This document shows positions 28,794-38,573 of a DNA stretch of 64,000 nucleotides, piece after piece. The DNA is from Vicinamibacteria bacterium (GTDB lineage Bacteria > Acidobacteriota > Vicinamibacteria > Marinacidobacterales > Marinacidobacteraceae). The stretch is taken from NCBI GenBank assembly GCA_964291235.2, contig OZ219816.1, positions 128,001 through 192,000 on the forward strand, in the 5' to 3' direction. Both the position numbers and the translations under genes were made by a program. The stretch's first letter is position 1; each line of letters starts with the position of its first letter. The notes under the pieces are model-generated. The model saw nothing but the letters and a program-made list of their open reading frames with translations. It did no database searches and had not been told where the DNA came from.

Positions 28794-29662
28794 CAGAGGG
28801 GATGGGGGTCCTGCTCCCAGGCGATCGATTCGCCGTCGAAGACGGGCCCTTCGGTGCAACTCCGCAGGTATTCCTCACTCCCACCCCCGGCGGGACGGGC
28901 CCAGACGACACAACCGAGACAGCAGCCCATTCCGCAGCCCATCCGGCGTTCGATGGAGACCTGGTGGGGAACGCCGGCCGCCGCCGCGAATTCCGCGACC
29001 CGCAGGAGCATTCCCGTGGGGCCGCAGGAATAGAGAACGGGACGGCGCGCGTCCGCGAGCGCGGCATCGAGCAGCGCCGTGACGAAGCCCCGCCGGCCGG
29101 CGCTGCCGTCCTCGCTGGCTACCCGCACGTCCATGCCGAATCGCTCGAAAGTGTCCCAGAGATAGAGATCGGGACGGCGCCTGCCCCCGAGCAGCACGAT
29201 TCCGCGCCGCCCCGCTTCCGCCATCCGGCGGCAGAAGAGCACAAAGGGGGCGATTCCCACCCCCCCGGCGACGATCACCGGGGTGCGGTCCGGGGACGGC
29301 AAATCGAACGTCGTCCCGAGCGGTCCCAGACTGGACACGGTCCCACCGATCGGGAGATTCATCAGTGCCCGGGTGCCCACGCCCACCTCTTTGACCAGCA
29401 GGGTGAACGAGCCGTCTTCCGGCAGGTCGCAAAAGGAATACGGCCGGCGCAGCAACCCCCCGCCTCCGACCCGCACCATGGTGAACTGGCCCGGCAGCAC
29501 CCGAAGCGCAGCTTCGCTCTCGAAGCGAAGCAGCTGGGCGTCCGGGGAGAGCTGGTCCCGGGCCACGAGCCGCGCCGCCAGGTCCACCCGCGGCGGCCGC
29601 CCAGCCGACGGCGCAGGGTCCGGCCCGCCGGGGGATGCCCCGGAAACGGTCACGGGCGACAC
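28793..29662 (-). CDS. pyrK: Dihydroorotate dehydrogenase electron transfer subunit
   Basis: PGQF, LRRPYS, GPLG, AGGVGIAP, CGP, 2Fe-2S motif MGCGMGCCLGC...C.EGPVF. Confidence 0.93.
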   Translation of the reverse strand: MSPVTVSGASPGGPDPAPSAGRPPRVDLAARLVARDQLSPDAQLLRFESEAALRVLPGQFTMVRVGGGGLLRRPYSFCDLPEDGSFTLLVKEVGVGTRALMNLPIGGTVSSLGPLGTTFDLPSPDRTPVIVAGGVGIAPFVLFCRRMAEAGRRGIVLLGGRRRPDLYLWDTFERFGMDVRVASEDGSAGRRGFVTALLDAALADARRPVLYSCGPTGMLLRVAEFAAAAGVPHQVSIERRMGCGMGCCLGCVVWARPAGGGSEEYLRSCTEGPVFDGESIAWEQDPHPL

Positions 29663-29677
29663 CCAGGTCCCTTCCGC

Positions 29678-31285
29678 CTACTGATCACGCGCCGTCACCC
29701 GATCGACCTCGGTAAGCGTGGTGACTCCCCGAGCCACGAGTTCGAGGGCGTTCCGGCGCAGCGAAACCATCCCTTCCGCCTCGGCCTGCGCCCGGATGGC
29801 GGCCACCCCCCGGCGCCCCAGAATGAGCTCCCGGATGGCGGAGCTGAGCGGCAGGACCTCCGCCACCACGGTTCTGCCCCGGTACCCCGCTCCGTCGCAT
29901 TTCCGGCAGCCCCGCGGATGGAACAGTTGCTCCGGCCGGGATGCCAGCTCGCCCAGGGCTTTCTCCTCCGCGGCACCGGGCGGCTGCGCTTGACGGCACG
30001 CGCGGCACAGCACCCGGACCAGCCGCTGAGCGACGATGCAGTTCAGCGCGGAGACGAAATTGTGGGGGTCGGCCCCCATGTGGAGGAAGCGTCCCACCAC
30101 ATCGAGCGCGTGGTTGGCGTGCACCGTGGTCAGCACCAGGTGACCGGTAAGCGCCGCCTGCACCGCGATCGAGGCCGTCTCCGGATCGCGAACCTCTCCC
30201 ACCATGATGGTGTCCGGGTCGTGCCGGAGGATGGAACGGAGGCCCCGGGCGAAGGTGAGCCCTTTCTTTTCGTTCACCGGGACCTGCGTGACACCCGCGA
30301 TCTCGTATTCGACGGGATCTTCGACGGTCACGATTTTCTCCTCGGGGCTCGCGATCTCGGAGAGCACGGCGTAGAGGGTGGTCGTCTTGCCGCTCCCGGT
30401 GGGCCCGGTAGCGAGCAGCATTCCGAAGGGCCGGCGGGCGTGTTCGCGAAGGAGGTCCAGCTCGCGGCCCGAAAACCCGAGGGCTTCCAGGGACAAGGCC
30501 TCGAAACGGCTGCCCAGGCTTCGCTTGTCGAGCACCCGGATCACCACGTCCTCGCCGTGCACGCTGGGCATGACGGAAACCCGGAAGTCCACGGTCCGCG
30601 GGGCGCTGCCGGCATCCGCGGGCAGCGCCGCCCGGAACCGCCCGTCCTGCGGCACCCGGCGCTCCGCGACGTCGAGTTCCGCCATCACCTTGAGCCGCGC
30701 GACGATCGTCTGATGGTGCGCGCGGTCCACGGGCTCCATCGCCGGGTAGAGAACCCCGTCCACCCGATACTTGAGGACGACCTCTCCGGATTTGGTCTCG
30801 ATGTGGATGTCGGTGGCCCGGCGCTCGACGGCATTCAGCAGCAGCGAATCCACCAGGCGGACCACGGGACTTCCGGCCTGGCCGCCCTCAAGCGTTTCGA
30901 GGGAAATAACCGGCGGGCCGGAACCTCCGTCGTCGCGCCCGAGCCGCTCGATGCGGAGATCTTCCGACGCCCGGTCCAGGAGAAAACTGGAGTTCGTATT
31001 CCGCTCGATGATCGCGTCGATCCGCGCGGGATCGCCAACGTGCACAACGAGCGGGCGCTGGAGCAAGAGCTCAAGCCGGTCCACTTCCGTTTCGACCACG
31101 GGGGACGCCACCGCGATGGCCAGGCGCTCGCCGTCTTCGGAAAGGGGAATGAAACGGTGGCGCCGGACCAGTTCCATCGGCACGCTGCGCCAGAGCGCCG
31201 CGTCGTCCCGATACACCGCCAGATCGGCAGCCGGATAGAGCGAGGGCGATGTCCCGGCCGCCCGCTTCACCCTACCGATCGTCAC
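29678..31285 (-). CDS. GspE/PilB family secretion/pilus assembly ATPase
   Basis: ATDIHIE, RVDGVL, ERRVPQDGR, GPTGSGKTTTLY, TVEDPVE, LRHDPD.IMVGEVRD, TGHLVLTTVHAN, CxxC...CxxC. Confidence 0.93.
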   Translation of the reverse strand: MTIGRVKRAAGTSPSLYPAADLAVYRDDAALWRSVPMELVRRHRFIPLSEDGERLAIAVASPVVETEVDRLELLLQRPLVVHVGDPARIDAIIERNTNSSFLLDRASEDLRIERLGRDDGGSGPPVISLETLEGGQAGSPVVRLVDSLLLNAVERRATDIHIETKSGEVVLKYRVDGVLYPAMEPVDRAHHQTIVARLKVMAELDVAERRVPQDGRFRAALPADAGSAPRTVDFRVSVMPSVHGEDVVIRVLDKRSLGSRFEALSLEALGFSGRELDLLREHARRPFGMLLATGPTGSGKTTTLYAVLSEIASPEEKIVTVEDPVEYEIAGVTQVPVNEKKGLTFARGLRSILRHDPDTIMVGEVRDPETASIAVQAALTGHLVLTTVHANHALDVVGRFLHMGADPHNFVSALNCIVAQRLVRVLCRACRQAQPPGAAEEKALGELASRPEQLFHPRGCRKCDGAGYRGRTVVAEVLPLSSAIRELILGRRGVAAIRAQAEAEGMVSLRRNALELVARGVTTLTEVDRVTARDQ

Positions 31286-31303
31286 AGGGAGTCGCCCCGG
31301 GGG

Positions 31304-31476
31304 TAACAGCCTGTGGTGAAACCCCCGTGAGCGCCGAGAGGGGCGAGGCCCAGTTCTCCCGGTGGGGGTCCGGCTGACCCAGTTCTCCCGGTGGGGGGGC
31401 GGCTCAGGCGGGATGCATCGCCACTCGATCCCCCACCGGGAGAACTGGGCCGCGGGGGTTTTGCCACAGGCGGTTA
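31304..31476. mobile_element. MITE-like non-autonomous element (173 bp) with 24-bp imperfect terminal inverted repeats
   Basis: TAACAGCCTGTGGTGAAACCCCCG ... CGGGGGTTTTGCCACAGGCGGTTA (3 mismatches). An internal 20-mer is present twice direct and once inverted. No coding capacity. Confidence 0.6.
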
Positions 31477-31574
31477 AGGCTTACCCGTCCGAGGCATCGA
31501 AGCAACCCACACCACCGCGCCCCGCGGCGAAGGAGAACCGGCCCGTCCTGGCGGCGGGCCCTCAGAGGGAATGC

Positions 31575-31850
31575 CTAGTCGCAGCAGTCAGCTTGGAAGG
31601 GACGTGAAACCTTGCACTTCACCACGTCCCGCGCGGGGATCTCAATCGCCTCCCCGGTGCGGACGTTGCGACCCATCCTCGCTTCCCGGTGAGCTACGGA
31701 GAACTTGGCCATGCCCGGGAGCACGAAGCCGTTACCGGCCCGCAATTCCTCGATCGCCAGGTCACGCAGTCCGTCGAGAACCGCACCGGCTTCGCGACGA
31801 CTGATTCCGGCAAACTCTGACAGTGTCGTTACCAGTTCCACCTTGGTCAT
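31575..31850 (-). CDS. HU family DNA-binding protein
   Basis: MTKVELV, F.LPGMAKF, REARMGRNVRTGEAIEIPAR. 91 aa. Confidence 0.9.
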   Translation of the reverse strand: MTKVELVTTLSEFAGISRREAGAVLDGLRDLAIEELRAGNGFVLPGMAKFSVAHREARMGRNVRTGEAIEIPARDVVKCKVSRPFQADCCD

Positions 31851-32000
31851 GCTCGATCAAATTCCTTTCTTGGCCTGGGCGGGGTTGGTTTGCTCCATCG
31901 CCCGGTTACGGACAACGGGGTCCGCGAGAAGGCCGGCAGATTATCACAGGGCCAGAGTCGCGCACCCCAAAAAAAAGAGACGTTTCCATGCCGGTTCCGA

Positions 32001-35000
32001 TCAGAAACCGAGCAGTTGATCCAGGGTCGCCAACCGACCGTTCGCGAGCACCGCGCGGACCCGGCGCAGGTTCGAGATGTCCTCCAGCGGGTCGCCATCG
32101 AGCAGCACCAGATCGGCAAGAGCGCCCGGCGCCACGACACCCAGCTCCCCGGCGAGCCCGAGCGCCTCGGCAGCGGTCAGGGTGGCCGCCCGTAACGCTC
32201 CGGCGGGACCCAGTCCGGCCTCCGCCAGTTGTTCGATCTCCAGGACGAACCCCAGTCCATACGGAACGATCGGCGTGTCCGTCCCCGCGATGATCCGTCC
32301 CCCGGCCTCCGCTATCGAGCGAACCGTGTCCCACATGGGGCGCATGAGGGCGAGGTTCTTGGCAAGCTGCGCATCCCGGTCCTCGGGCCCATCGCGAGGT
32401 GCGATGAGGGAGGAGGCGAGCCAGGCCGGAAGGGCGCGGATGCGGGTGTCCGAGGCGAGCAGTTCCGGCTCCCGGGCAAGCGCCAGATCCCAGCCTCCGT
32501 AGATCAGCATCGTCGGGGTAAAGAACACCCCCGACTCGGCAATCAGGGCCCGTACGTCCTGGTAGGAGCGGCCCAGGTCGGTCATCTTCGGCGAAAAGCC
32601 GCGGCGCGAAGTGCCCTTCACGTGTTCCAGACCGTTGATTCCGTAACGGACCGCCGGATACAGCTCGTGGGAGGTCACGAAAGCGCCAAAACGTTGCGCC
32701 CGCCGGATGGCTTCCCGCTGGGATTCGTCGTCGAGCCGCACGTAGGTCTTGACGACGTCGAACTCCAGATCCCGCGCCAGCCGCAGGAGTGCATCCCTCT
32801 CCTGTCCGCCCGAGAGCGCCGGGGCGCCCGCGTAGTAGATGCGGGTGCCGTCGAGCGTGGCGCCAGTGAGGAACATCCGCGGACCCACCCGCAGCCCGGC
32901 CAGAATGGACTCCCGCTCCTCGAGCACCCGGTAGGTCGCAGCCGCCGGAACGCGGACCGAGGTCACCCCGTAGGCGAGATGGGCGCGGCCGAAGCGATTG
33001 CCGAACGCGGGACTCATCGGATGGGTGTGCATCTCGATGAGCCCGGGGATCACCGTGGCCCCGTCCCCTTCCACGACCCGCATCTCCTCGGGGAGCGGTT
33101 CCCCGGTCGGCGTGATCGAAACGATGCGCCCGGCTTCGATCAGGATGTCCTGCCCCGCCCGCACCTCTCCCGTCTCCACATCCACCACCCCGACATCATG
33201 GAGAAGCAGGGTGCCGGCCGCCGGAGCGACCTCGAACTCGTGCCGCAGGCGGATGGCTTCGGACCCGCTGCCGTCCGCAGCGATTCGAAGCACCTCCGTG
33301 CCGGACAGGGCGGTGATCGCGGCCCCGTCCGGGGTCCAGGCGGGGAAGTCCACCGGTCCTTCGAACACGGTTTGGGGCGGTCCCGCGGCTTCGCCGGCCG
33401 CATCGAGCCGGAGAATCGCCAGTCCCCCACCCAGGGCGAACGCCAGCCGGCCGCCGTCCGGCGAAAACACCGGCCCGTCGGAATCACGCATCCCGAAACT
33501 GGATGCCGGCTCGTCGAGGACCCTGGTTTCCCCGCTGCTGGCCGAGATCAGCGCGATCCGGTTCCGGCCTTCCCGGTAGCGGGACGAATAGGGAACCAGG
33601 CTCGCCAGCGCGACGGTCTGGCCGTCAGCCGACCAACTCGGCATGCCGGCGCCGCGGCGCGCGGTATAGACGGTGGTCTCCTCCTGCTCGGCATCCGGCC
33701 CGTTGTCGAGGTCCCGGCTGGAGAGCCGCAGATTGCCCCGCTCGTCGAGCCACGCGATCCGGGAGCCGTCTCTCGTGACCGCCGGACTCACCTCGGCGCC
33801 GAGCCGCGCGGTGAGCTGGACGAGTCCCGCTCCCGGTCCCGAGTCCAGCCGCTTTTCCCAGATGTCCATCGTCCCGCCGCGATCGCTTGCGAAAACCACG
33901 CTCTCCCCGTCGGGAAGCCAGACCGGATCGGTGTCGAGCCAAGTGTCGCGGGTCACCGGGATCGGGGCTTCGGATCCGTCGAGCGGTGCGGTCCAGATGT
34001 CGCCGAGCGCGGCGTAGAGCAAGCGGGTTCCGTCCGGGCTGACACTCGGGCGGACGATGCCCCGCACCGCCATGGATTCCTCCGCCTCGGACCGAATGCG
34101 CCCGCGACGCTCGGGAGGCCGCCGCACGGTGAGATCGGCGGACATCGCCACCCGTTCGGCAACGGGATCGGGGGATGGCGCTTCGGGGTCGTCCGCCGGT
34201 GGTCCGACGTCGAGGCGACGGATGCCGCCGTCGGCGGTGTAAACGAGGGTCCGATCGTCCAGCCATTGGGGCCGGAACGGAAAGAGATCCTCACCGGCTC
34301 CGGCAAGCGCTCGCGGCTCGCCTGCCCCATCGTCCTCCCCGGCGCCATCGTCTTCCCCGGCGCCGTCGTCTTCCGCGGCGCCCGGGAAGGGCGCCAGCAC
34401 CCACTCGCTTCCCGTGCCGATGTCGAATCGGCTACCCATCAGGGTGAGTCCTTCGTACTGAAGGCGGCGAAACGCGACCTGCGTCCCGTCCGGGCTCGGC
34501 GCCGGGGCGGCGACGTTGCCGGCGCTTCCCGGAACTGCCACGGGTTCCCCGGGAGATTCCGGGGAGAGCCACCGCAACTCGCCGTCCGCTTCGCCCTCGG
34601 GGGTCGCCACGAAGACGACTCCGTCTCCGCTCGGGGTCCAGGCGGGCTGCGATTCGTTGCCGAGGCTGCTGGTCAAAGGCGTGGCCTCGCCGGTCGCGAC
34701 ATCGAGAATCCAGATGTCGTAGCTGCCCCCCCGGTCCGAAGAAAACGCGACCCGCGTTCCGTCGGGCGACCAGGCCGGTTCGCGGTCGTCGAAGTCGGTG
34801 ACGGTGAGTCGCTCAGGCGTCCCGTCGGGAAGCGCCAGTTGCCAGATGTCCCATGTCCCGCTCCGGAACGACTGGTACGCAACGCGGTCCCCGTCAGGAT
34901 GAAAGTCGGGCAGCCGGTCATCCCCGAGGCCGTCGGTGAGCGCCTGGGCGGAACCACCGGACGCCGGCATCAGCCACAAGGTGCCCTGCAGGTCCATCAC

Positions 35001-35135
35001 CAACCGCTCGCCATCCGGGGAGGCGGCTACGGCGAAGTTCGTGCCCTCGGTGACGGTGACGGTCCGCTCTTCGGTGTCCTGCGCCCCGGCGAGGGCGCCG
35101 CCGAGCAACAGGGAAAGGAGCGAAAGCCGCCTCAT
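32001..35135 (-). CDS. Secreted amidohydrolase with N-terminal TolB-like (PD40) beta-propellers
   Basis: Signal peptide from ATG 35135, multiple P..SPDG repeats, VIPGLIEMHTH, GLEH, AGTD, G.VAPGALADLVLLDGDPL.DI. Confidence 0.9.
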   Translation of the reverse strand: MRRLSLLSLLLGGALAGAQDTEERTVTVTEGTNFAVAASPDGERLVMDLQGTLWLMPASGGSAQALTDGLGDDRLPDFHPDGDRVAYQSFRSGTWDIWQLALPDGTPERLTVTDFDDREPAWSPDGTRVAFSSDRGGSYDIWILDVATGEATPLTSSLGNESQPAWTPSGDGVVFVATPEGEADGELRWLSPESPGEPVAVPGSAGNVAAPAPSPDGTQVAFRRLQYEGLTLMGSRFDIGTGSEWVLAPFPGAAEDDGAGEDDGAGEDDGAGEPRALAGAGEDLFPFRPQWLDDRTLVYTADGGIRRLDVGPPADDPEAPSPDPVAERVAMSADLTVRRPPERRGRIRSEAEESMAVRGIVRPSVSPDGTRLLYAALGDIWTAPLDGSEAPIPVTRDTWLDTDPVWLPDGESVVFASDRGGTMDIWEKRLDSGPGAGLVQLTARLGAEVSPAVTRDGSRIAWLDERGNLRLSSRDLDNGPDAEQEETTVYTARRGAGMPSWSADGQTVALASLVPYSSRYREGRNRIALISASSGETRVLDEPASSFGMRDSDGPVFSPDGGRLAFALGGGLAILRLDAAGEAAGPPQTVFEGPVDFPAWTPDGAAITALSGTEVLRIAADGSGSEAIRLRHEFEVAPAAGTLLLHDVGVVDVETGEVRAGQDILIEAGRIVSITPTGEPLPEEMRVVEGDGATVIPGLIEMHTHPMSPAFGNRFGRAHLAYGVTSVRVPAAATYRVLEERESILAGLRVGPRMFLTGATLDGTRIYYAGAPALSGGQERDALLRLARDLEFDVVKTYVRLDDESQREAIRRAQRFGAFVTSHELYPAVRYGINGLEHVKGTSRRGFSPKMTDLGRSYQDVRALIAESGVFFTPTMLIYGGWDLALAREPELLASDTRIRALPAWLASSLIAPRDGPEDRDAQLAKNLALMRPMWDTVRSIAEAGGRIIAGTDTPIVPYGLGFVLEIEQLAEAGLGPAGALRAATLTAAEALGLAGELGVVAPGALADLVLLDGDPLEDISNLRRVRAVLANGRLATLDQLLGF
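34322..34380 (-). repeat. In-frame 18-bp tandem repeat x3 (EDDGAG)
   Basis: The protein reads GAAEDDGAGEDDGAGEDDGAGEP. Confidence 0.85.
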
Positions 35136-35186
35136 CGCCGCCGATCCTAGCAGCGTCCCGGGGGCCGGATATCTTTCGCTCCGTAC

Positions 35187-36392
35187 ATGCGCCTTCTTCC
35201 TTATTTCGCCATCCCCCATCGTCGGCGCCCCTTAGCTGCGGGGCTGGCGCTTGGTCTCGCCACGCTCACCTGCGGTCCGGCCCCGGGGCCCCAGGCGACC
35301 CGTACGGCACCAGAGGCGGCCGCTGCGGCGGCCGGAGAAATCCGCCGGGTCATCGAGGAGGACGGGCGCGGCGGCGGCGCCCTCGGCGTGGTTGTGGGCG
35401 GAAAGATGATGGTTGCGGAGGGATTCGGATTCGCCGATGCCGAAGGCCGGATTCCGGCCCGGGCCGATCACCTGTTCCGGATCGGGTCGATCACGAAGCC
35501 GGTGACCGCGATGGCGATGCTGCGGCTCGTCCACCTCGGGGAGGCCCGGTTCGGGGATCCGGTCACCGCGCTCGTGCCGGAACTCGAGCAGGTCGAGAAC
35601 CCGTATTCCTGGACCCCCGGACCGAGCATCTTCCAGCTTGCCACCATGACCGGGGGCCTCGCCCGGGAACCGCGGGATCTCCCGCGCTACCTGGTGGGGG
35701 TTCCCCAGGACTGGCTCGACACCGCGTTCCGGGCGCTGGAAGCCACCTCGTTCGAATACGAACCGGGAACCCGCTACCAGTACTCGAACATCGGCTACGC
35801 CATGCTCGGCGCCGCGGTGGAGCGGGCCGCCGGAGAGCCCTTCATGGACCACGTCGCGGAGCGGCTCCTCACCCCGCTCGGGATGGACTCGAGCGCCTTC
35901 TTCCCGACGCCGGACCTCGAGAACCGCATCGCCGCGGGAGTCAGCGTGAAGGACGACGGCTCCCTCGATGCCGAGACGCCGGCGCGGGAGCACGAGGGGC
36001 GCGGCTACAAGGTGCCGAACGGCGCCCTGTACTCGACCGTCGAGGATCTTGGGGTGTTCCTGCGCTTCCTGGTCGGAGTCGAGGGAGCTCCCTTCGACGG
36101 GGTGATCCCGGCCGATTTCCGACGGGAGAACCTGACGAAGGCCTTCGCGGCCGGAGATCTGTCGAGCGGCTACGGGTTCGGGTTCATGGCCCGCCGGCGG
36201 GATGACGCGAACGGCCACTCGTTCACCGCCTACGGCCACGGCGGAAGCGTGGCCGGCTACCGGGCGGCGGCCTGGATCGAGCCGGAAACCGACGCCGCGG
36301 TGATCCTGCTCCGCAACGTGGGCGGCGACGGCCTGAACCTCACGGAGTTGTCGCTCTCGGCCCTCGCTGAGGTGGTGGCCGTTCTCCGCTGA
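35187..36392 (+). CDS. Serine hydrolase, beta-lactamase class C-like family (possible lipoprotein)
   Basis: FRIGSITK (SxxK), EPGTRYQYSNIGY (YxN), YGHGGSVAGY. LTC near the N-terminus. Confidence 0.9.
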   Translation: MRLLPYFAIPHRRRPLAAGLALGLATLTCGPAPGPQATRTAPEAAAAAAGEIRRVIEEDGRGGGALGVVVGGKMMVAEGFGFADAEGRIPARADHLFRIGSITKPVTAMAMLRLVHLGEARFGDPVTALVPELEQVENPYSWTPGPSIFQLATMTGGLAREPRDLPRYLVGVPQDWLDTAFRALEATSFEYEPGTRYQYSNIGYAMLGAAVERAAGEPFMDHVAERLLTPLGMDSSAFFPTPDLENRIAAGVSVKDDGSLDAETPAREHEGRGYKVPNGALYSTVEDLGVFLRFLVGVEGAPFDGVIPADFRRENLTKAFAAGDLSSGYGFGFMARRRDDANGHSFTAYGHGGSVAGYRAAAWIEPETDAAVILLRNVGGDGLNLTELSLSALAEVVAVLR

Positions 36393-36409
36393 GCCGAAAC
36401 CTCGTTCCG

Positions 36410-37660
36410 GTGCCCCGCCTCCCCCGAATCTCGCTCGCCTGGTGGATCCTCATCGGGATGGGCGCGGGCTTGGTTCTCGGCCTCGGGGCGCCGCAGTGGG
36501 CCGAGTCCATCGAATTCCTGAGCACGATTTTCCTGCGCCTGATCCGGTCGATCATCGCCCCGGTGCTGGTGGGCGTGCTGATCCGGGCGATCGCCGGCGC
36601 CGGCTCGATGGGCGCGCTGGGGCGGCTGGGCTGGAAATCGGTGGTCTGCTTCGAGTTGGCCACCACCATCGCCCTGCTGCTCGGCTGGTTCGGCGTGATG
36701 GCGACCCGGCCGGGCGACGGCCTGTCGCTGGGTACGGCAGAAGGAGTGGAACTCCCGGCACCGGCCGGCTTCGTCGAAGCCCTCGAGAGCGCCGTTCCGA
36801 CCAGCATCGTGGACGCGCTGGCGCGAGGCGACGTGCTGCAGATCGTGGTCTTCTGCTTCGTGTTCGGGATTGCCTGCCTCTCCGTGGGCGGCCGGGCGCG
36901 GCCGGTCGTGGACTTTGCCGAAGCGCTGGCGGAAGTCGCGTTCCGTTACACCGACTACGTCATGTACCTGGCGCCCCTCGCGGTGTTTGCGGCCGCGGCC
37001 AACGCGGTAGCGGGCGGCGGCTCCGCCGGTCTGGAGGGTCTGGCCGAATTCACCATCCTGGCCTGGCTGCTGCAGGGATCCTTCCTCGTTGTGGTGCTGG
37101 CGGGAGGCCTGTTCTTCTGCGGAATTCCGATCCGGAGGTTCGCGCGCTTCATGCGCGAACCGTTCCTGGTGGGCTTCGCAACCACCTCCAGCGCCGCCGC
37201 CCTGCCCCAGACGCTCGAGAACCTCCAGCGATTCGGGATCCCGCGACGCATCCTCGGCGTGGTCACGCCGCTCAGCCTGAGTCTCAATCTGAACGGCAGC
37301 ACCATCCAGCTGGGGATGGCCACCCTGTTCATCGCGCAGGCAGCCGGGATCGAGCTTTCCTGGGAACAGGCGGCGATCATCCTGCTGACGTTGAAGGTCA
37401 CGAGCAAGGGGGTGGCCGGGGTTCCGCGCGCCAACTTCGTGGTCCTCGCGGCGGTGTTCGAGGGTCACGGCCTGCCGATGGAGGGGCTCGGCATCCTGCT
37501 CGGAATCGACGCGCTGATCGATCCGGTCCGGACGAGCGTGAACGTGGCGAGCCACTGCGCGGCGCCGGCCGTGGTGGCTCGGTGGGAAGGCAATACGTTC
37601 GCGGCTCGCGAGTCGGAGGCATCGCCGTCCGGCTCGAACACGCCGGCGGCAACGGGCTGA
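36410..37660 (+). CDS. Dicarboxylate/amino acid:cation symporter (DAACS, GltP/DctA-like)
   Basis: FLRLI..II.P, LQIVVF, FATTSSAAALP, SLNLNGS, SKGVAGVPRA, RTSVNV. Confidence 0.92.
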   Translation: MPRLPRISLAWWILIGMGAGLVLGLGAPQWAESIEFLSTIFLRLIRSIIAPVLVGVLIRAIAGAGSMGALGRLGWKSVVCFELATTIALLLGWFGVMATRPGDGLSLGTAEGVELPAPAGFVEALESAVPTSIVDALARGDVLQIVVFCFVFGIACLSVGGRARPVVDFAEALAEVAFRYTDYVMYLAPLAVFAAAANAVAGGGSAGLEGLAEFTILAWLLQGSFLVVVLAGGLFFCGIPIRRFARFMREPFLVGFATTSSAAALPQTLENLQRFGIPRRILGVVTPLSLSLNLNGSTIQLGMATLFIAQAAGIELSWEQAAIILLTLKVTSKGVAGVPRANFVVLAAVFEGHGLPMEGLGILLGIDALIDPVRTSVNVASHCAAPAVVARWEGNTFAARESEASPSGSNTPAATG

Positions 37661-37661
37661 G

Positions 37662-38486
37662 CTACCGGGCCAGCAGCCGCTTCGCCTGCCGGAGGTGCAG
37701 CTCCTCGAGGAGTTCGCCGTCGAGTTCGACCACCGCGACGCCCCGGGCGCCGGCGTCTTCCATGGCGCCGACCACTTTTTCCGCCCAGGCGCGCTCCGCG
37801 GGGGTGGGGGCGAAGGCCTCGTGGATGACCGGAATCTGCCCCGGATGGACCGCTGACTTCCCGTCGAAGCCCGCCTCGGCGGCGCGGCGAGCGCTCCGCC
37901 GCAGTCCGTCGAGATCGCGGAAGGTGAACCAGGGCGCGTCCCAGGAGGCGGTTCCGGCGGCCCGCGCGGCGAGGAGGATGCGCTGGCGGACGAAATCGAG
38001 TTCCGACTCGTTCGGCCGCGGGCGGGCGCCCATGCTGAGCCGGTAGTCCGCCGATCCGAAGACCAGCCCTTCGACGCCCGGAACACGCGCGAGTTCGATG
38101 ACGTTCGCGGCGCCGAGCGCGGTTTCGATCATCAACCAGAACGGCGTCGCTTCCCTGAGGGTTTGCCGGGCCTTCGCGACCCCCTGGACGGTTTCCGCCT
38201 TGGGGATGAGTACGGCGTCAAAGCCCTCCCGCGCGGCGGCCGTGAGATCCGCCCTTCCTGCGGCGCCGCCGGGTGGGTTGATCCGTAGAGCCACCACCGC
38301 CCCGCCGGCGGCGGCCGCGGCGCGCGACTCCCGAAGCCGCTCGCGGGCCGCGTCCTTGTGCGAAGGGTGGACGCCGTCTTCGAGGTCCAGCACCAGGATG
38401 TCCGCACCCCGGGTGGCCGCCTTCGCGACCATTCGCTCACTGGAGCCGGGGACGTAGAGGAGCGAGCGCCGGCGGCCAGATTTCAC
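37662..38486 (-). CDS. CitE-like CoA-ester lyase (HpcH/HpaI aldolase/citrate lyase family)
   Basis: RSLLYVPG, DLEDGV, RIN, IPKAE, MIET, FGSADY, GFDGK.AVHPGQI. Start at GTG 38486. Confidence 0.92.
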   Translation of the reverse strand: MKSGRRRSLLYVPGSSERMVAKAATRGADILVLDLEDGVHPSHKDAARERLRESRAAAAAGGAVVALRINPPGGAAGRADLTAAAREGFDAVLIPKAETVQGVAKARQTLREATPFWLMIETALGAANVIELARVPGVEGLVFGSADYRLSMGARPRPNESELDFVRQRILLAARAAGTASWDAPWFTFRDLDGLRRSARRAAEAGFDGKSAVHPGQIPVIHEAFAPTPAERAWAEKVVGAMEDAGARGVAVVELDGELLEELHLRQAKRLLAR

Positions 38487-38573
38487 GCCGCCGAGTATTC
38501 CACGAGGTGCGGCGCCCGGGGGCGGTTCCGCCGTTCGGGGAACCGCGGGAGCAACGCGTTCGTTGGGGTGAAC

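Noticed and set aside
35187-36392. Antibiotic-resistance beta-lactamase
   Set aside because: The motifs only place it in the broad serine hydrolase family (HGG rather than KTG). Resistance function is unsupported.
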